Shown here: one piece after another, positions 10,431 through 20,407 of the stretch
How the letters are laid out: every line of letters begins with the position of its first letter
Position numbering within the stretch: position 1 is the stretch's first letter
NCBI GenBank assembly: GCA_963726755.1
Contig: CAVSDB010000001.1
Span: 1,407,384 to 1,471,383, forward strand
DNA: 64,000 nt
Reading direction: 5' to 3'
Source: an uncultured Actinomycetota bacterium
GTDB taxonomy: Bacteria; Actinomycetota; Actinomycetes; JAHEKZ01
Translations under genes and position numbers: made by a program
The notes under the pieces: generated by a model
Told to the model about the DNA's origin: nothing
What the model saw: only the letters and a program-made list of their open reading frames with translations
The model's database searches: none

Positions 10431-11189
10431 TCAGCAGCCGATGTCGACCCACTGAGGCTTCGGTCCGACACGCACCCCGTGTGCTTGAGCGTGAACTCGC
10501 AGCAAGTGCCGATAGCGACCCATCGTCCGATGTGAGAAGTCGGTGTGCGTATTGCACTTCCACGACTTGTAGCGCTCGTGTCGATACGGACTCAGCAGGC
10601 TCTCGCCGTGGCCGATCACGTTCTTGACCGGGATGTTGAACCGGGCCATCAGCCATAGCGTCAGCCGCTGCGAGGCTTGACGTTGGTGCTTGCGACTCAT
10701 GACCTGGTGATCTGACGTCCCGACATGCTCAATTCCGATCGCAGTTTGGTTCAGGCCAATGGTGTGCCGGCACCGGAACCGCACCGGGACGATGGAATAG
10801 ATCCGGCCGTTCCCATCGATGATGAAGTGCGCGCAGACTCCCGGAAGTTCACCGAGGTTCGGGCTGTTGTTCGCCATCGTCCACCACGCGCTCATCATCG
10901 TCGGGCCGTCGGTGTAGTGCTCGACGATGACCCGTGGCTTACGCAAGAAGTACTCGCGCTCGCCGTAATGACGCTTCGAGTACCGCGCCATCTGCATCTT
11001 GCGCGCATGTCCAAAAGGAATGGGCTTGTGGTGAACGCGAGGCTTCAACTTGGTGACGGACCCTTGCGTCTGAGACGTAGCCAACCCTGCGTGCGACCAG
11101 ACCGCCGGCGTCGCCACCGCAAGCACCACGACGAGGGCAAAGGCTGACAGCGCCCAACGCTTCACCGAACCACTTCCTCTTCTTTGCAT
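10431..11189 (-). CDS. Secreted N-acetylmuramoyl-L-alanine amidase (Amidase_2)
   Basis: Signal peptide; motifs VIVEHYT, CAHFIIDGNGRIY, IGIEHVG, NVIGHGE. Confidence 0.8.
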   Translation of the reverse strand: MQRRGSGSVKRWALSAFALVVVLAVATPAVWSHAGLATSQTQGSVTKLKPRVHHKPIPFGHARKMQMARYSKRHYGEREYFLRKPRVIVEHYTDGPTMMSAWWTMANNSPNLGELPGVCAHFIIDGNGRIYSIVPVRFRCRHTIGLNQTAIGIEHVGTSDHQVMSRKHQRQASQRLTLWLMARFNIPVKNVIGHGESLLSPYRHERYKSWKCNTHTDFSHRTMGRYRHLLRVHAQAHGVRVGPKPQWVDIGC

Positions 11190-11279
11190 CCGGTGCTCAA
11201 CTTTGCCACGGGCATGATCAAGACGTTAAGCACCACGCTGGCCCTTGATCCTGCGGTGCTTGGGGAGTAGTCCTAAGGC

Positions 11280-11783
11280 GTGACTATGGACCGCGATGCC
11301 CTGCGAGAAGCGCAGCAACCACTCAAAGCTCAATACCGACAGGCCCCCGAGTCCGCGACGATCGTCCTGCGAGCCGAGGGATCGTTGGACGATGGCGTCT
11401 CATGCTCAGTAGCAACCGGCCGTGGCCTGATGGACGCAGGACTTCATCCGGCAACTGGGGGTGACGGCGGTTCGGTCTGTTCTGGAGACATGCTGCTTCA
11501 GGCATTGGTCGCGTGCGCAGGGGTCACGCTGAAAGCTGTGGCGCTGTCTCGCAATCTCGAGGTGACGGGATCGGTCGAGGCCACAGGGGACCTCGATGTA
11601 CGCGGCACACTCGGTCTCGACCGCGACGTACCCGTCGGATTCGTGAAGATCGGTCTGATCTTTCATCTTGAGTCGTCAGCTTCGCCGGAAGACCTTGACG
11701 CCCTTGTTGCCACGACTGAGCGCTACTGCGTCGTCCTTCAAACGATCGTGGGTACGCCCGAGATATCAGTTGCACGCATCTGA
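11280..11783 (+). CDS. OsmC family protein
   Basis: Motifs AGLHPATGGDG, CSGDMLLQALVACAGVTL, TERYCVVLQT. Confidence 0.88.
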   Translation: MTMDRDALREAQQPLKAQYRQAPESATIVLRAEGSLDDGVSCSVATGRGLMDAGLHPATGGDGGSVCSGDMLLQALVACAGVTLKAVALSRNLEVTGSVEATGDLDVRGTLGLDRDVPVGFVKIGLIFHLESSASPEDLDALVATTERYCVVLQTIVGTPEISVARI

Positions 11784-11832
11784 GCCCTCCCCTCGCGATT
11801 GAGGTCGATCAGCTACCCGGGATGCTGTTCCC

Positions 11833-12858
11833 ATGGACCCAATCCAGGCCCTGGAGCGAATCGCGTACCTGCTCGAACGGGACCGCGCTCCAACTCATCG
11901 CGTGAAGGCCTTCCGTAACGCCGCTGACGTGCTCGCAAAACTCGATCCGTCGGACGTGGAGCAACGAGCCAGAACGGACAACCTCACGTCGTTGACAGGG
12001 ATCGGCCCGAAGACGTCGCAAGTCGTCATCGAAGCAGTGTCCGGGAGTACCCCGTCGTACCTGGCCGACCTTGAGGCGACATCAACTCCCCCGGATCCGG
12101 GCATCGGAGCAGCCGTGCTGGCGGCGCTCAAAGGCGACCTGCACACGCACTCCGATTGGAGCGACGGTGGCAGCCCGATCGACGTCATGGCTCGTGCGAT
12201 GGCAGGACTTGGTCACTCGTACACCGCGCTCACCGATCACTCCCCCAGACTGACCGTCGCAAACGGCCTCTCACCAGAACGACTTCGTGAACAGCTCGAC
12301 GTCGTAGCCCGAGTCAACGAGGAGCTTGCTCCGTTTCGACTTCTCACCGGGATCGAAGTCGACATCCTGGACGACGGCTCGCTCGATCAAGAGCCAGACC
12401 TGCTGGCACGACTCGACGTGGTGGTGGCGTCGGTTCACAGCAAGCTCCGGATGGACAAGGCGGCCATGACTCAGCGCATGCTCATGGCAATCGCGAATCC
12501 AGCCACGAACGTACTTGGGCATTGCACTGGCCGCCTTGTGACCGGGGGACGCGGTACCCGCCCCGAATCTGAGTTCGACGCAGCTCTTGTCTTCGAGGCA
12601 TGCAAGTACTTCGACGTCGCTGTTGAAATCAACTCACGGCCAGAACGACTCGACCCGCCACGTCGACTCTTGAGTCAAGCCGTCGACATCGGATGTCTCT
12701 TCTCGATCGACACCGATGCACACGCTCCTGGTCAGTTGGAATGGCAGGCGTACGGATGTACCCGCGCCGCCGAATGTGACGTACCCATTGAGCGCATCGT
12801 CAATTCCTGGTCGTTGGACGACCTGCTGGCATGGACGAGTCGGACTGCTTCGGCCTAA
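11833..12858 (+). CDS. PHP-domain protein with N-terminal PolX-like HhH domain
   Basis: HhH motif LTGIGPKT; PHP motifs GDLHTHSDWSDG, TDHS, GIEVDI, SVH, LGHCTGR, EINS, DTDAH; no polymerase domain. Confidence 0.88.
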   Translation: MDPIQALERIAYLLERDRAPTHRVKAFRNAADVLAKLDPSDVEQRARTDNLTSLTGIGPKTSQVVIEAVSGSTPSYLADLEATSTPPDPGIGAAVLAALKGDLHTHSDWSDGGSPIDVMARAMAGLGHSYTALTDHSPRLTVANGLSPERLREQLDVVARVNEELAPFRLLTGIEVDILDDGSLDQEPDLLARLDVVVASVHSKLRMDKAAMTQRMLMAIANPATNVLGHCTGRLVTGGRGTRPESEFDAALVFEACKYFDVAVEINSRPERLDPPRRLLSQAVDIGCLFSIDTDAHAPGQLEWQAYGCTRAAECDVPIERIVNSWSLDDLLAWTSRTASA

Positions 12859-12867
12859 GTTCCAAGA

Positions 12868-14211
12868 ATGACCAACCCGAACGTCGACGTCAGCGGACTC
12901 ATTGCGGATCACCTAGGACCGGTACTGACACCGCGCGACGCTGGCTACGACACGGCCCGGATCTCCTTTAACGCTCTAGTCGACCGCCACCCGCCGGTCA
13001 TCACTCGGCCGGCGACACCTCAGGACGTCAGAACAACCTTGCAGTTCGCAAACAGCGAGAACTTGCCCGTCGCCATCAGAGGTGGCGGTCACAGCGTCGC
13101 CGGCCACGCGCTCTGTGACGACGGCATCGTCGTTGACCTGCGGCTGCTCAACAAGGCCGAGGTTGACGTCGCCAACCGTCGGGTTATTGCTGGCGGCGGT
13201 GCGACCTGGCGCGACGTTGACGCTCCCTGCGTCACGCGCGGACTCGTGATGCCGGGCGGAACCTTCGACACCACGGGTGTTGCTGGTCTTGCGCTCGGCG
13301 GTGGAATCGGTCATCTCATGGGTACACAGGGACTGACGTTGGATCGCCTTGTCTCTGCGGAAATCGTGCTCGCCGACGGCACGATCACTACCACCTCCGT
13401 CACGGAAGACCCCGACCTGTTTTGGGCGATCCGCGGGGGTGGCGGGAATTTCGGAGTCGTCACCGCGTTTGAGTTCTCGCTCGAACCTCTGCCGACTGTA
13501 TTCGGCGGTGAGATCGAGTACCCGCGATCACGCCTGCGCGAAGCGCTGCGGCTCTACCGGGACGTCATGGAAGCTGGTCCAGATGAGCTCACGATGATGG
13601 CTTACACGGGCGAAGACTCGTTGAACGTCACGGTGTGCGCCACAGGAAATCCGGTCAACTTCGAAGACGCCATCACTGCCCTGCGTACGACGCTGCCGGT
13701 GGTGAGCGATCGACTTGGCCTGACTAGCTACCTGCAGTTACAGGTCATGCAAGGCGACACCCCGTTCGGCATCCGCCACTACTGGAAGAGTCAGTTCGTC
13801 GACTCTCTAGATGACCAGCTCATTGACGACATCGTCGACCAAGTCGATTCACGTCCACCCGGCAGCGAGAGCGAGATTCTCATCGAACCCATTCACGGGT
13901 TGGCGACTCGCGTCCCGCTTGACGCCACCGCCTTCGGGCGACGTGCTCCCGGATACAACGTCAGCCCCCTCGGTCACTGGACCGATCCCGCGAGCGACGA
14001 CGCCGAGATCCGATGGGTTCGCGAGGCGGCGGCTCGATTTGGTTCCCACAACCCGAGGGATGGTGGCTACTTGAACTACGCGGCCCCTGACGAAACCCAC
14101 GACCGAGTTCGCGCAGCGTACGGCGACGAGAAGTACGCGCGTCTACTTGAAGTGAAGCGCCGCGTCGACCCCGACAACCGGTTCCGCTTCAACCACAACA
14201 TCCGGCCCTAA
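12868..14211 (+). CDS. FAD-binding oxidoreductase (berberine-bridge/VAO family)
   Basis: RGGGHS covalent-FAD His, DLFWAIRGGGGNFGVVT, and C-terminal BBE motif YLNY...KRRVDPDNRFRFN. Confidence 0.9.
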   Translation: MTNPNVDVSGLIADHLGPVLTPRDAGYDTARISFNALVDRHPPVITRPATPQDVRTTLQFANSENLPVAIRGGGHSVAGHALCDDGIVVDLRLLNKAEVDVANRRVIAGGGATWRDVDAPCVTRGLVMPGGTFDTTGVAGLALGGGIGHLMGTQGLTLDRLVSAEIVLADGTITTTSVTEDPDLFWAIRGGGGNFGVVTAFEFSLEPLPTVFGGEIEYPRSRLREALRLYRDVMEAGPDELTMMAYTGEDSLNVTVCATGNPVNFEDAITALRTTLPVVSDRLGLTSYLQLQVMQGDTPFGIRHYWKSQFVDSLDDQLIDDIVDQVDSRPPGSESEILIEPIHGLATRVPLDATAFGRRAPGYNVSPLGHWTDPASDDAEIRWVREAAARFGSHNPRDGGYLNYAAPDETHDRVRAAYGDEKYARLLEVKRRVDPDNRFRFNHNIRP

Positions 14212-14246
14212 GCCGAACCCGGATACCAAGCGGGATACTCAGAGCC

Positions 14247-16631
14247 ATGCTCCGCTTTACTAGCTGCACTGTGGACCCGGCGGCCCGGGTTCTGACACGC
14301 GCTGGCGAGCTCCAACATCTCGAGCCGCAGGCATATGACGTGCTAGCTCACCTGCTCCGCCATCGCGATCGAGTCGTAACGAAGGAAGAGCTTCTCGACA
14401 CAGTCTGGGGCGGCCAATGGGTGTCCGAGTCCGCACTGGCTACGCGCATCAAGGAAATTCGCCGAGCAACGGGTGACACAGGTGATGTTCAAAGCATCGT
14501 CCGAACAATTCGAGGTCACGGTTACCAGTTCGTCGCCACCGTCAGCGACGACGAGGACCGTGAGTCGAAACTAACAGTGCTCGTCGGTCGCGACCGTGAA
14601 CTACGTGAGCTCGAGCAACGATTCGCACCGGGCTCGCTCCTGTCGTTGGTCGGTCCTGGAGGTGTTGGCAAGACGACACTCGCCCGCAGTCTGGTTGAAC
14701 GTGTGGGTGCTCGCTTTCGTCACGGAGTTGCCGTCGTCGACCTGACAGTTCTTGAAAGCCCAGAACAACTCATCGGTGCTGTAGCAAGAGCGACGCAAAT
14801 CTCTGAATCTGCCGGTACAAGCCTGCCCGACGTGCTGCGTCGGTTAGATACCGTCCTGCTGCTCGACGATGCCGACGAAATGGTCCCGGAGGTCGCACGT
14901 TTCTGTTCACCATTAACTGCTGAGGGGAGTCGCATCGCCGTCGTAGTCACAACCCGAGAACGCTTAGGCGTTCGGGGTGAGCAACTTTGGCCTGTACTCC
15001 CCCTCTCTGCCGTTGCCGCTCGCGAGTTGCTGACCGTCCGGGCTCGAGACCTCGCCCCCTTGGGAAGCCTGCATAGCGCATCTGGAAGCGATCTTGATGC
15101 TCTGAGCAATTCCGTTGACCGCCTACCCCTCGCCGTCGAGATGCTCGCCGGCATGAGTGCGTTCCTTAACGTTCAGGAGTTGCAGCAGCTCGTCGACGAA
15201 CGGCTCGATCTGGTCACGACTAACGAGCGTGATGCCCCAGCACGTCATCGGTCTCTCGACGTGTTAGTGAACAGCTCCATCGAACGACTCGACGATCGCC
15301 CGCGACGCGTCCTGACACAACTGACGAGCTTCGCTGGCGCATTCACCACCTCCCAGGCACTCGTGGTCATTGATGACGACGACGGAATGTCTATCTTGCG
15401 GGAGCTTGTGGATCGCTCTCTCTTGTCACCGATCGAAGCAGAAGGCGGACCCCGTTTCCAGATGCTCCGAACGGTTCGTCAGGCAATCCTTCGCGTCTCA
15501 GCACCCGACGAGCTTCAGTTGGCAACCGAGCGCCACGCGCAGTCGGTGACCAATGAATTGGCGCGCGCAGACGAAGAACTGCACGGTGAACACGAGGCGC
15601 TGGCGGCTCCAGTCTTCGAGCGTCTGGCCGACGAAGCACGCACGGCACATGCTTGGGCTCGACTTCATGATCGTCCCCTGGCAGTGCGGCTAACGGCCGT
15701 CATGCACTTGTACGCATACTCGCGGCTCTGGGCCGAACCAGCTCAGTGGGCGGCGGCGCTGTTCCGTGACGGCACGAGAGACGGTCCGGTAGTGGCAATG
15801 CTTGCCTCGCAAGCGGCCCAAGAAGGTCGCTTCGCCGAAGCCGCAGACCTGGCAGAGACCTTGCTAGGCGACGCCGATGACACAGTTCGCGGCTGGGCTC
15901 TTGAGGCGTTGTCCGACGTTGAGATCTATCTGGGCAAATTGCGCGACGCCCAAGCTCACGCACAAGAATTGGTCGACTTGGGTCATGAGTATTCGCGTCC
16001 TCGAATGGTGTCGATTGGACTCACCAACGCTGCCCTCGCGCGGGTCTACTCTGACCGACCCGACGAGGCTCTTGAATTCCTCAATCGACAGTTGTCGGAG
16101 TCTGAAGCGGTCTTCGCTCCATCCGACCAGGCCTGGTTGGCCTATGCCCGTGGCGAAGCATTTGCAGTCCTGCAAGACGACCGTGCGCGCCTGCCATTGC
16201 TCGAAGCGGTTCGACTGGGCGACGAGGTCGGCAACCGATTCGTGGCGGGCATAGCCCGATCCACCCTCGCGTCGATGGAAGTCGAACGTGACAATCTTGC
16301 GGTAGCCGCATCGACGTACGCCGACGTCTTGGACACCTTCCTGCGTCACGGCAACCTCACACACCTACGCATCTCCCTGCGCAATGTGATCCCACTTATG
16401 GCTCGCCTTGACGAACCGGCCGACGCGGCCGTCGTTGGTGCGTGGCTGTTCAACGAGCAGTCCAGACCTGGCTATGGAAAGGAGTTGGACGCGGCACTCG
16501 ACACTTTGGGCGTCATCCGGGCGAAGTTTGGTGACGCTCAAATGGCCGCGTGGAACGACGAAGCAGCCACCCTTAGCGCCACCGATGCCGCCGAGCGCTC
16601 GATTTCTACGCTGCGCCGGGTTCCCCACTAA
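14247..16631 (+). CDS. OmpR-type winged-helix + STAND ATPase transcriptional regulator
   Basis: N-terminal Trans_reg_C (LEPQAYDVL...RVVTKEELLDTVW...TIRGHGYQF), Walker A GPGGVGKT, DRLPLAVE, helical TPR-like C-terminus. Confidence 0.85.
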   Translation: MLRFTSCTVDPAARVLTRAGELQHLEPQAYDVLAHLLRHRDRVVTKEELLDTVWGGQWVSESALATRIKEIRRATGDTGDVQSIVRTIRGHGYQFVATVSDDEDRESKLTVLVGRDRELRELEQRFAPGSLLSLVGPGGVGKTTLARSLVERVGARFRHGVAVVDLTVLESPEQLIGAVARATQISESAGTSLPDVLRRLDTVLLLDDADEMVPEVARFCSPLTAEGSRIAVVVTTRERLGVRGEQLWPVLPLSAVAARELLTVRARDLAPLGSLHSASGSDLDALSNSVDRLPLAVEMLAGMSAFLNVQELQQLVDERLDLVTTNERDAPARHRSLDVLVNSSIERLDDRPRRVLTQLTSFAGAFTTSQALVVIDDDDGMSILRELVDRSLLSPIEAEGGPRFQMLRTVRQAILRVSAPDELQLATERHAQSVTNELARADEELHGEHEALAAPVFERLADEARTAHAWARLHDRPLAVRLTAVMHLYAYSRLWAEPAQWAAALFRDGTRDGPVVAMLASQAAQEGRFAEAADLAETLLGDADDTVRGWALEALSDVEIYLGKLRDAQAHAQELVDLGHEYSRPRMVSIGLTNAALARVYSDRPDEALEFLNRQLSESEAVFAPSDQAWLAYARGEAFAVLQDDRARLPLLEAVRLGDEVGNRFVAGIARSTLASMEVERDNLAVAASTYADVLDTFLRHGNLTHLRISLRNVIPLMARLDEPADAAVVGAWLFNEQSRPGYGKELDAALDTLGVIRAKFGDAQMAAWNDEAATLSATDAAERSISTLRRVPH

Positions 16632-16649
16632 ATCCTCACGTGATCCTCA
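16621..16649 (+). promoter_or_regulatory. Heptamer direct repeats with 11-bp period (candidate winged-helix operator)
   Basis: TTCCCCA (16621), ATCCTCA (16632), ATCCTCA (16643), upstream of the methyltransferase gene. Confidence 0.5.
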
Positions 16650-16683
16650 TGCGAGCGCGCGATGTCTCTGATCCACTAGGCCT

Positions 16684-17622
16684 ATGACGAAAAGCCTCAC
16701 GGGTGACCTTGTCCCCGACGAACTGATGCTCACCGATGGCGGGCTCGAAACCGTCCTGGTCTTCGAGGACGGACGGGATCTGCCGGCCTTCGCCGCGTTT
16801 CCACTGATCGAGAACGACGAGGGACGAGACCGGCTACGCCGCTACTACCGCGACTACATGCGCGTAGCCACCGACGCTGGGTCCGGCTACGTTCTCGAGA
16901 CGCCAACTTGGCGGGCCAACCCCCACTGGGGAGCCGAATTGGACTACTCACTCGATGATTTGCGACGCGTCTCGTTCCTGTCGGTCGAACTCGCACAAGG
17001 GCTTCGCGACGAATGGGACGGCCAGGGGCAGACCCTGGTGAGCGGCTGCATAGGTCCGCGGGGTGATGGCTATGTCCCAGGACAAACCATGTCCTCTGAT
17101 GAGGCAGCGGCTTACCACCGGACGCAGGTGACCGACCTCGCAGACGCAGGCGCCGACCTGGTCGGCGCGTTCACCCTTAACTACGTCGAAGAAGGTGTCG
17201 GCGTAGCTGCTGCCGCTGCCGAACGCGGGATACCGTCCGTCATCGGCTTCACCGTCGAGACTGACGGGCGACTCGCGACGGGCACGCCACTCGGCGAAGC
17301 CATCGAGCAAGTCGACGCGGCAACTGGCGGCGCGCCAGCATGGTTCATGGTGAACTGCGCTCACCCCGAGCACGTCCTAGCCGGACTCCCCGACACCGAC
17401 GAAGCATGGCTATCGCGGATCGGCGCCTATCGAGCCAACTCGTCGAGAATGAGTCATGCGGAACTGGACGAAGCCGAAGTTCTGGATCCAGGTGACCCGA
17501 AGGACCTGGGGAGTGGATACCTCAAACTGCGCGACCGCCTGCCGGAACTGCACGTCATCGGTGGGTGCTGCGGGACGGACGTCGGTCACGTATCGGCAAT
17601 CGCAGACGCCTGGCTAGCTTAA
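16684..17622 (+). CDS. Homocysteine S-methyltransferase family protein
   Basis: Motifs LTDGGLET, GCIGPRGDGY, Zn ligands in MVNCAHP and GGCCGTD. Confidence 0.88.
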   Translation: MTKSLTGDLVPDELMLTDGGLETVLVFEDGRDLPAFAAFPLIENDEGRDRLRRYYRDYMRVATDAGSGYVLETPTWRANPHWGAELDYSLDDLRRVSFLSVELAQGLRDEWDGQGQTLVSGCIGPRGDGYVPGQTMSSDEAAAYHRTQVTDLADAGADLVGAFTLNYVEEGVGVAAAAAERGIPSVIGFTVETDGRLATGTPLGEAIEQVDAATGGAPAWFMVNCAHPEHVLAGLPDTDEAWLSRIGAYRANSSRMSHAELDEAEVLDPGDPKDLGSGYLKLRDRLPELHVIGGCCGTDVGHVSAIADAWLA

Positions 17623-17623
17623 G

Positions 17624-18046
17624 TCAGGAACCGAGAGCGTCTCGGATGGCCACGATCGCCTGGGCTTCCACGTCCTCGCCACCTTTGGCCGCATCGGACA
17701 CTGCCTGCGACAGCGCCAAGACAAACGCGCGATAGGACTCCAACTCGGTCGGATCCTTGGCCTCGAGCGTCACGACTGACGCCTTCAGGGCCTCCACGGT
17801 TCCGTTGTGGACTTCCTCCGGCGAGGACGAGACCTTCCAACCGGTCCCTTTCTCGGCCGCGAGTTCGCGAACGAGTTGGCTCGTGCCACCCGATCGCGCT
17901 TCGGCCATGTACTTGGCCAGCGCTCCGGACTCCTTGAAGGTGCTGGTGAACCCTCGCTCACTCATTGCCACCAGCATTCCTGCACCGGTTGCTCCGCGAT
18001 GAAGGGTGGTCCATTCGTCCTCTGTGAAATCAGCTTTTCCACTCAC
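17624..18046 (-). CDS. Conserved hypothetical protein
   Basis: Coding-like ORF (KADFTEDEW...VSDAAKG); TAAGGT -10 box 7 nt before GTG. Confidence 0.7.
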   Translation of the reverse strand: MSGKADFTEDEWTTLHRGATGAGMLVAMSERGFTSTFKESGALAKYMAEARSGGTSQLVRELAAEKGTGWKVSSSPEEVHNGTVEALKASVVTLEAKDPTELESYRAFVLALSQAVSDAAKGGEDVEAQAIVAIRDALGS

Positions 18047-18076
18047 AGATCGGACCTTAGCTCACAACTTGACGGG

Positions 18077-18511
18077 CTAGCTCATCGGCGTGCGCTGAGC
18101 CAGCCGGACGCTGTTACCGGATGGGTCACGGAAGCCGCAATCGATGCCGTACGGCTGCTCGGTCGGCTTCTCTGTGAACTCAACGCCACGTGCCGACAGT
18201 TCTTCGTACGACTTCATCGCGTCGTCAGTCGCAAGGAAGATGGTGCTGGCAAATCCTTTGGCCGTCAGTTCCGCGATCTGGTCGCGAGTGGTTTCATCCA
18301 AGACCGGTGGTCCCGGAATGGCCATCAGCACGATCGAAATCTGGTCCTGATCGGCTGGACCTACGGTCAACCAACGGAAGTTGCCCATCTCAGGCACGGT
18401 CACGTCTTCGCGGATTTCGAAACCGACTTTCTCAGTCCAAAAAGCGAGTGCCTCATCTTGATCGTGCACCCACAGTTGGGCGGTACTGATGCGGATCACG
18501 GTGTCCTCCAT
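18077..18511 (-). CDS. VOC/glyoxalase family protein
   Basis: Motifs WVHDQDEALAFWTEKVGFE, FRWLTV, YGIDCGFRDPSGN; start at ATG 18511. Confidence 0.88.
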   Translation of the reverse strand: MEDTVIRISTAQLWVHDQDEALAFWTEKVGFEIREDVTVPEMGNFRWLTVGPADQDQISIVLMAIPGPPVLDETTRDQIAELTAKGFASTIFLATDDAMKSYEELSARGVEFTEKPTEQPYGIDCGFRDPSGNSVRLAQRTPMS

Positions 18512-18537
18512 AGGTCTGCCTTGCTGTTGCATCGAGA

Positions 18538-18985
18538 CTATTGAGGGCTTCGCGCCCCGTCTTCTCCATTCGTGCTGTTCACCGGACGCCCATACGCCTT
18601 CAACACGCACAGTGGGATACGAGCGAGGCTGGCCGCCGAGGGGAACGACTCGCGGTATTGAGTGGGTGTCATCCCGTACGCCCTCGTGAAGCTTGAGGTG
18701 AACGACCCAACACTGGACAGACCAACCCTCATACAGATATCGGCGACCGAATAGTCAGTGCCCCGCAACAAAGTCGCCGCGCGCTCGAGTCGACGCGTCA
18801 GCAGGTAGGAGTGCGGGGTCTCACCGAACGCGCGTCGAAACTCCCGGCTGAAGTGAGCTCGCGATAAGTGGGCAGCAGCTGCGAGGTCGTCAACGGTGAG
18901 GGGGTCGGTGTAACGAGTGTCGGCAAGGTCCTTGGCCCGAACGAGCTGACGGACCGGAGACGGCAGCCGTTCGGGTCGAGGACAC
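18538..18985 (-). CDS. AraC-family HTH regulator (probable frameshift near start)
   Basis: The frame upstream of ORF 18771 reads RAKDLADTRYTDPLTVDDLAAAAHLSRAHFSREFRRAFGETPHSYLLTRRLERAATLLR...SVGSFTSSFTRAYG; the nearest start (GTG 18985) is out of frame. Confidence 0.8.
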
Positions 18986-19005
18986 AGTCAGTCAGGGTAG
19001 GCGAG

Positions 19006-19763
19006 TCATTGCTTCCGGGCGACAACCAGCAATTCGCCGTCGGAGTGACCAACTGGTTGGCGACCCACCCACCGAAGATCTGTTCGACGACAAACCCGGC
19101 CTCGTTCAACGACTGCGTCAACTCCCCTTCACCGCGAAACCGCAGCGTGGCTGTGCTCTCCAGTTGGAGGCCATCCGAAAATTCGTAGTGCGTGCAGAAG
19201 CTGACCGTGTCGTCCGCCTCGTCCGTGACCTCGGTCCACTCGATAACAGTCGAGCCGTCGGGCATCAGGACTTCGTCGCGTGACTCGGCTGTCCAGGTGT
19301 CCCACTCCCTAGCTCGCGCGTCACGCATAGTCGAAGTGAGAAGCCGTCAGGAAGTAACGAGCGATGGAGCATCTGCCAGATTCCGACGACCAGTTCGGCG
19401 TCGTAAGAAGAACTGCGACACATGGCTCGTCATGACCACGGCAGCGAACGTTTCGTCAGGAAGCACGCCCGATGCGTCCTTCCGATCCAAGTCACGGGTT
19501 CCGCGCCACGCCGACGTCGAGCGATGTTAAGCGAGGCGCGAGCGGGTCCACTCCAGTCACTTGGTAGCCGCGCTCGGACGAGTCCCATCGCCAGCCGACC
19601 GGTCCCACAACCGAGGTCGAGGACGTGCTGGGTTCCAACATCGGCTCGGTCGTGGTCGAACTCCCCCACCATCGAGACAAAGAAGTCGTCATCGCGCGAC
19701 CACGCCGTCTCTTGGTTGTAGACCGCTACCACCGCGCGGGTCTTCAAACTCGGCGTGGTGCAC
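19006..19763 (-). pseudogene. Class I SAM-dependent methyltransferase, multiply frameshifted
   Basis: Fragments in three frames: HHAEFEDPR, VLDLGCGTGRLA, GYQVTGVDP, LRFRGEGELTQSLNEAGFVVEQIFG, ELLVVARKQ*. May be sequencing error rather than true decay. Confidence 0.7.
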
Positions 19764-19816
19764 GGCGTCAGCGCTCTACTCCGAGAATGCCGAACTCGTC
19801 CGGCTACGCTGCCGCG

Positions 19817-20407
19817 GTGGACAAGGGTCGGCTCGAGGCATTTAGCGATGCAGTCATCGCCATCATCATCACGATCATGGTCTTGGAGTTGGCGCCTCCA
19901 AGTGACACGACGTGGGATGCCTTGTGGGCATTGCGCTGGGTATTTTTCAGTTACGTACTCAGTTTCGTTTACCTCGGTATCTACTGGAACAACCACCACC
20001 ACCTGATCAAGGCGGCCGACCGAATCACGGGCGGCGTGCTGTGGGCCAACCTGAACCTACTTTTCTGGCTCTCACTCTTCCCTTTCGCCACCGGCTGGAT
20101 GGGTGAGCACGATTTCGCCGAAATCCCGACCGCGGTGTACGGAGTCGTCCTGCTCCTTGCGGGGATTGCATATTTCGTACTGCAGACCACCATCGTCGCC
20201 GCTCAACCCAACTCGACCCTAGAGTCGGCACTTGGCCGGGACGTGAAGGGAAAGGCCTCTCCCGTTCTCTACGCCGTCGGGATCGTCTTAGCCTTCGTTA
20301 GTCCCTTGCTGTCGTTCGCCGTCTACACGTGTGTTGCGCTCATGTGGCTGATCCCGGACCGAAGACTCGAACCTCTCATCGTTCAGCCGGGAACTGACGA
20401 TGACTGA
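19817..20407 (+). CDS. TMEM175 family K+ channel-like membrane protein
   Basis: Signature RLEAFSDAVIAIIITIMVLEL and YWNNHHH; start GTG 19817 with TACGCT 6 nt upstream. Confidence 0.9.
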   Translation: MDKGRLEAFSDAVIAIIITIMVLELAPPSDTTWDALWALRWVFFSYVLSFVYLGIYWNNHHHLIKAADRITGGVLWANLNLLFWLSLFPFATGWMGEHDFAEIPTAVYGVVLLLAGIAYFVLQTTIVAAQPNSTLESALGRDVKGKASPVLYAVGIVLAFVSPLLSFAVYTCVALMWLIPDRRLEPLIVQPGTDDD

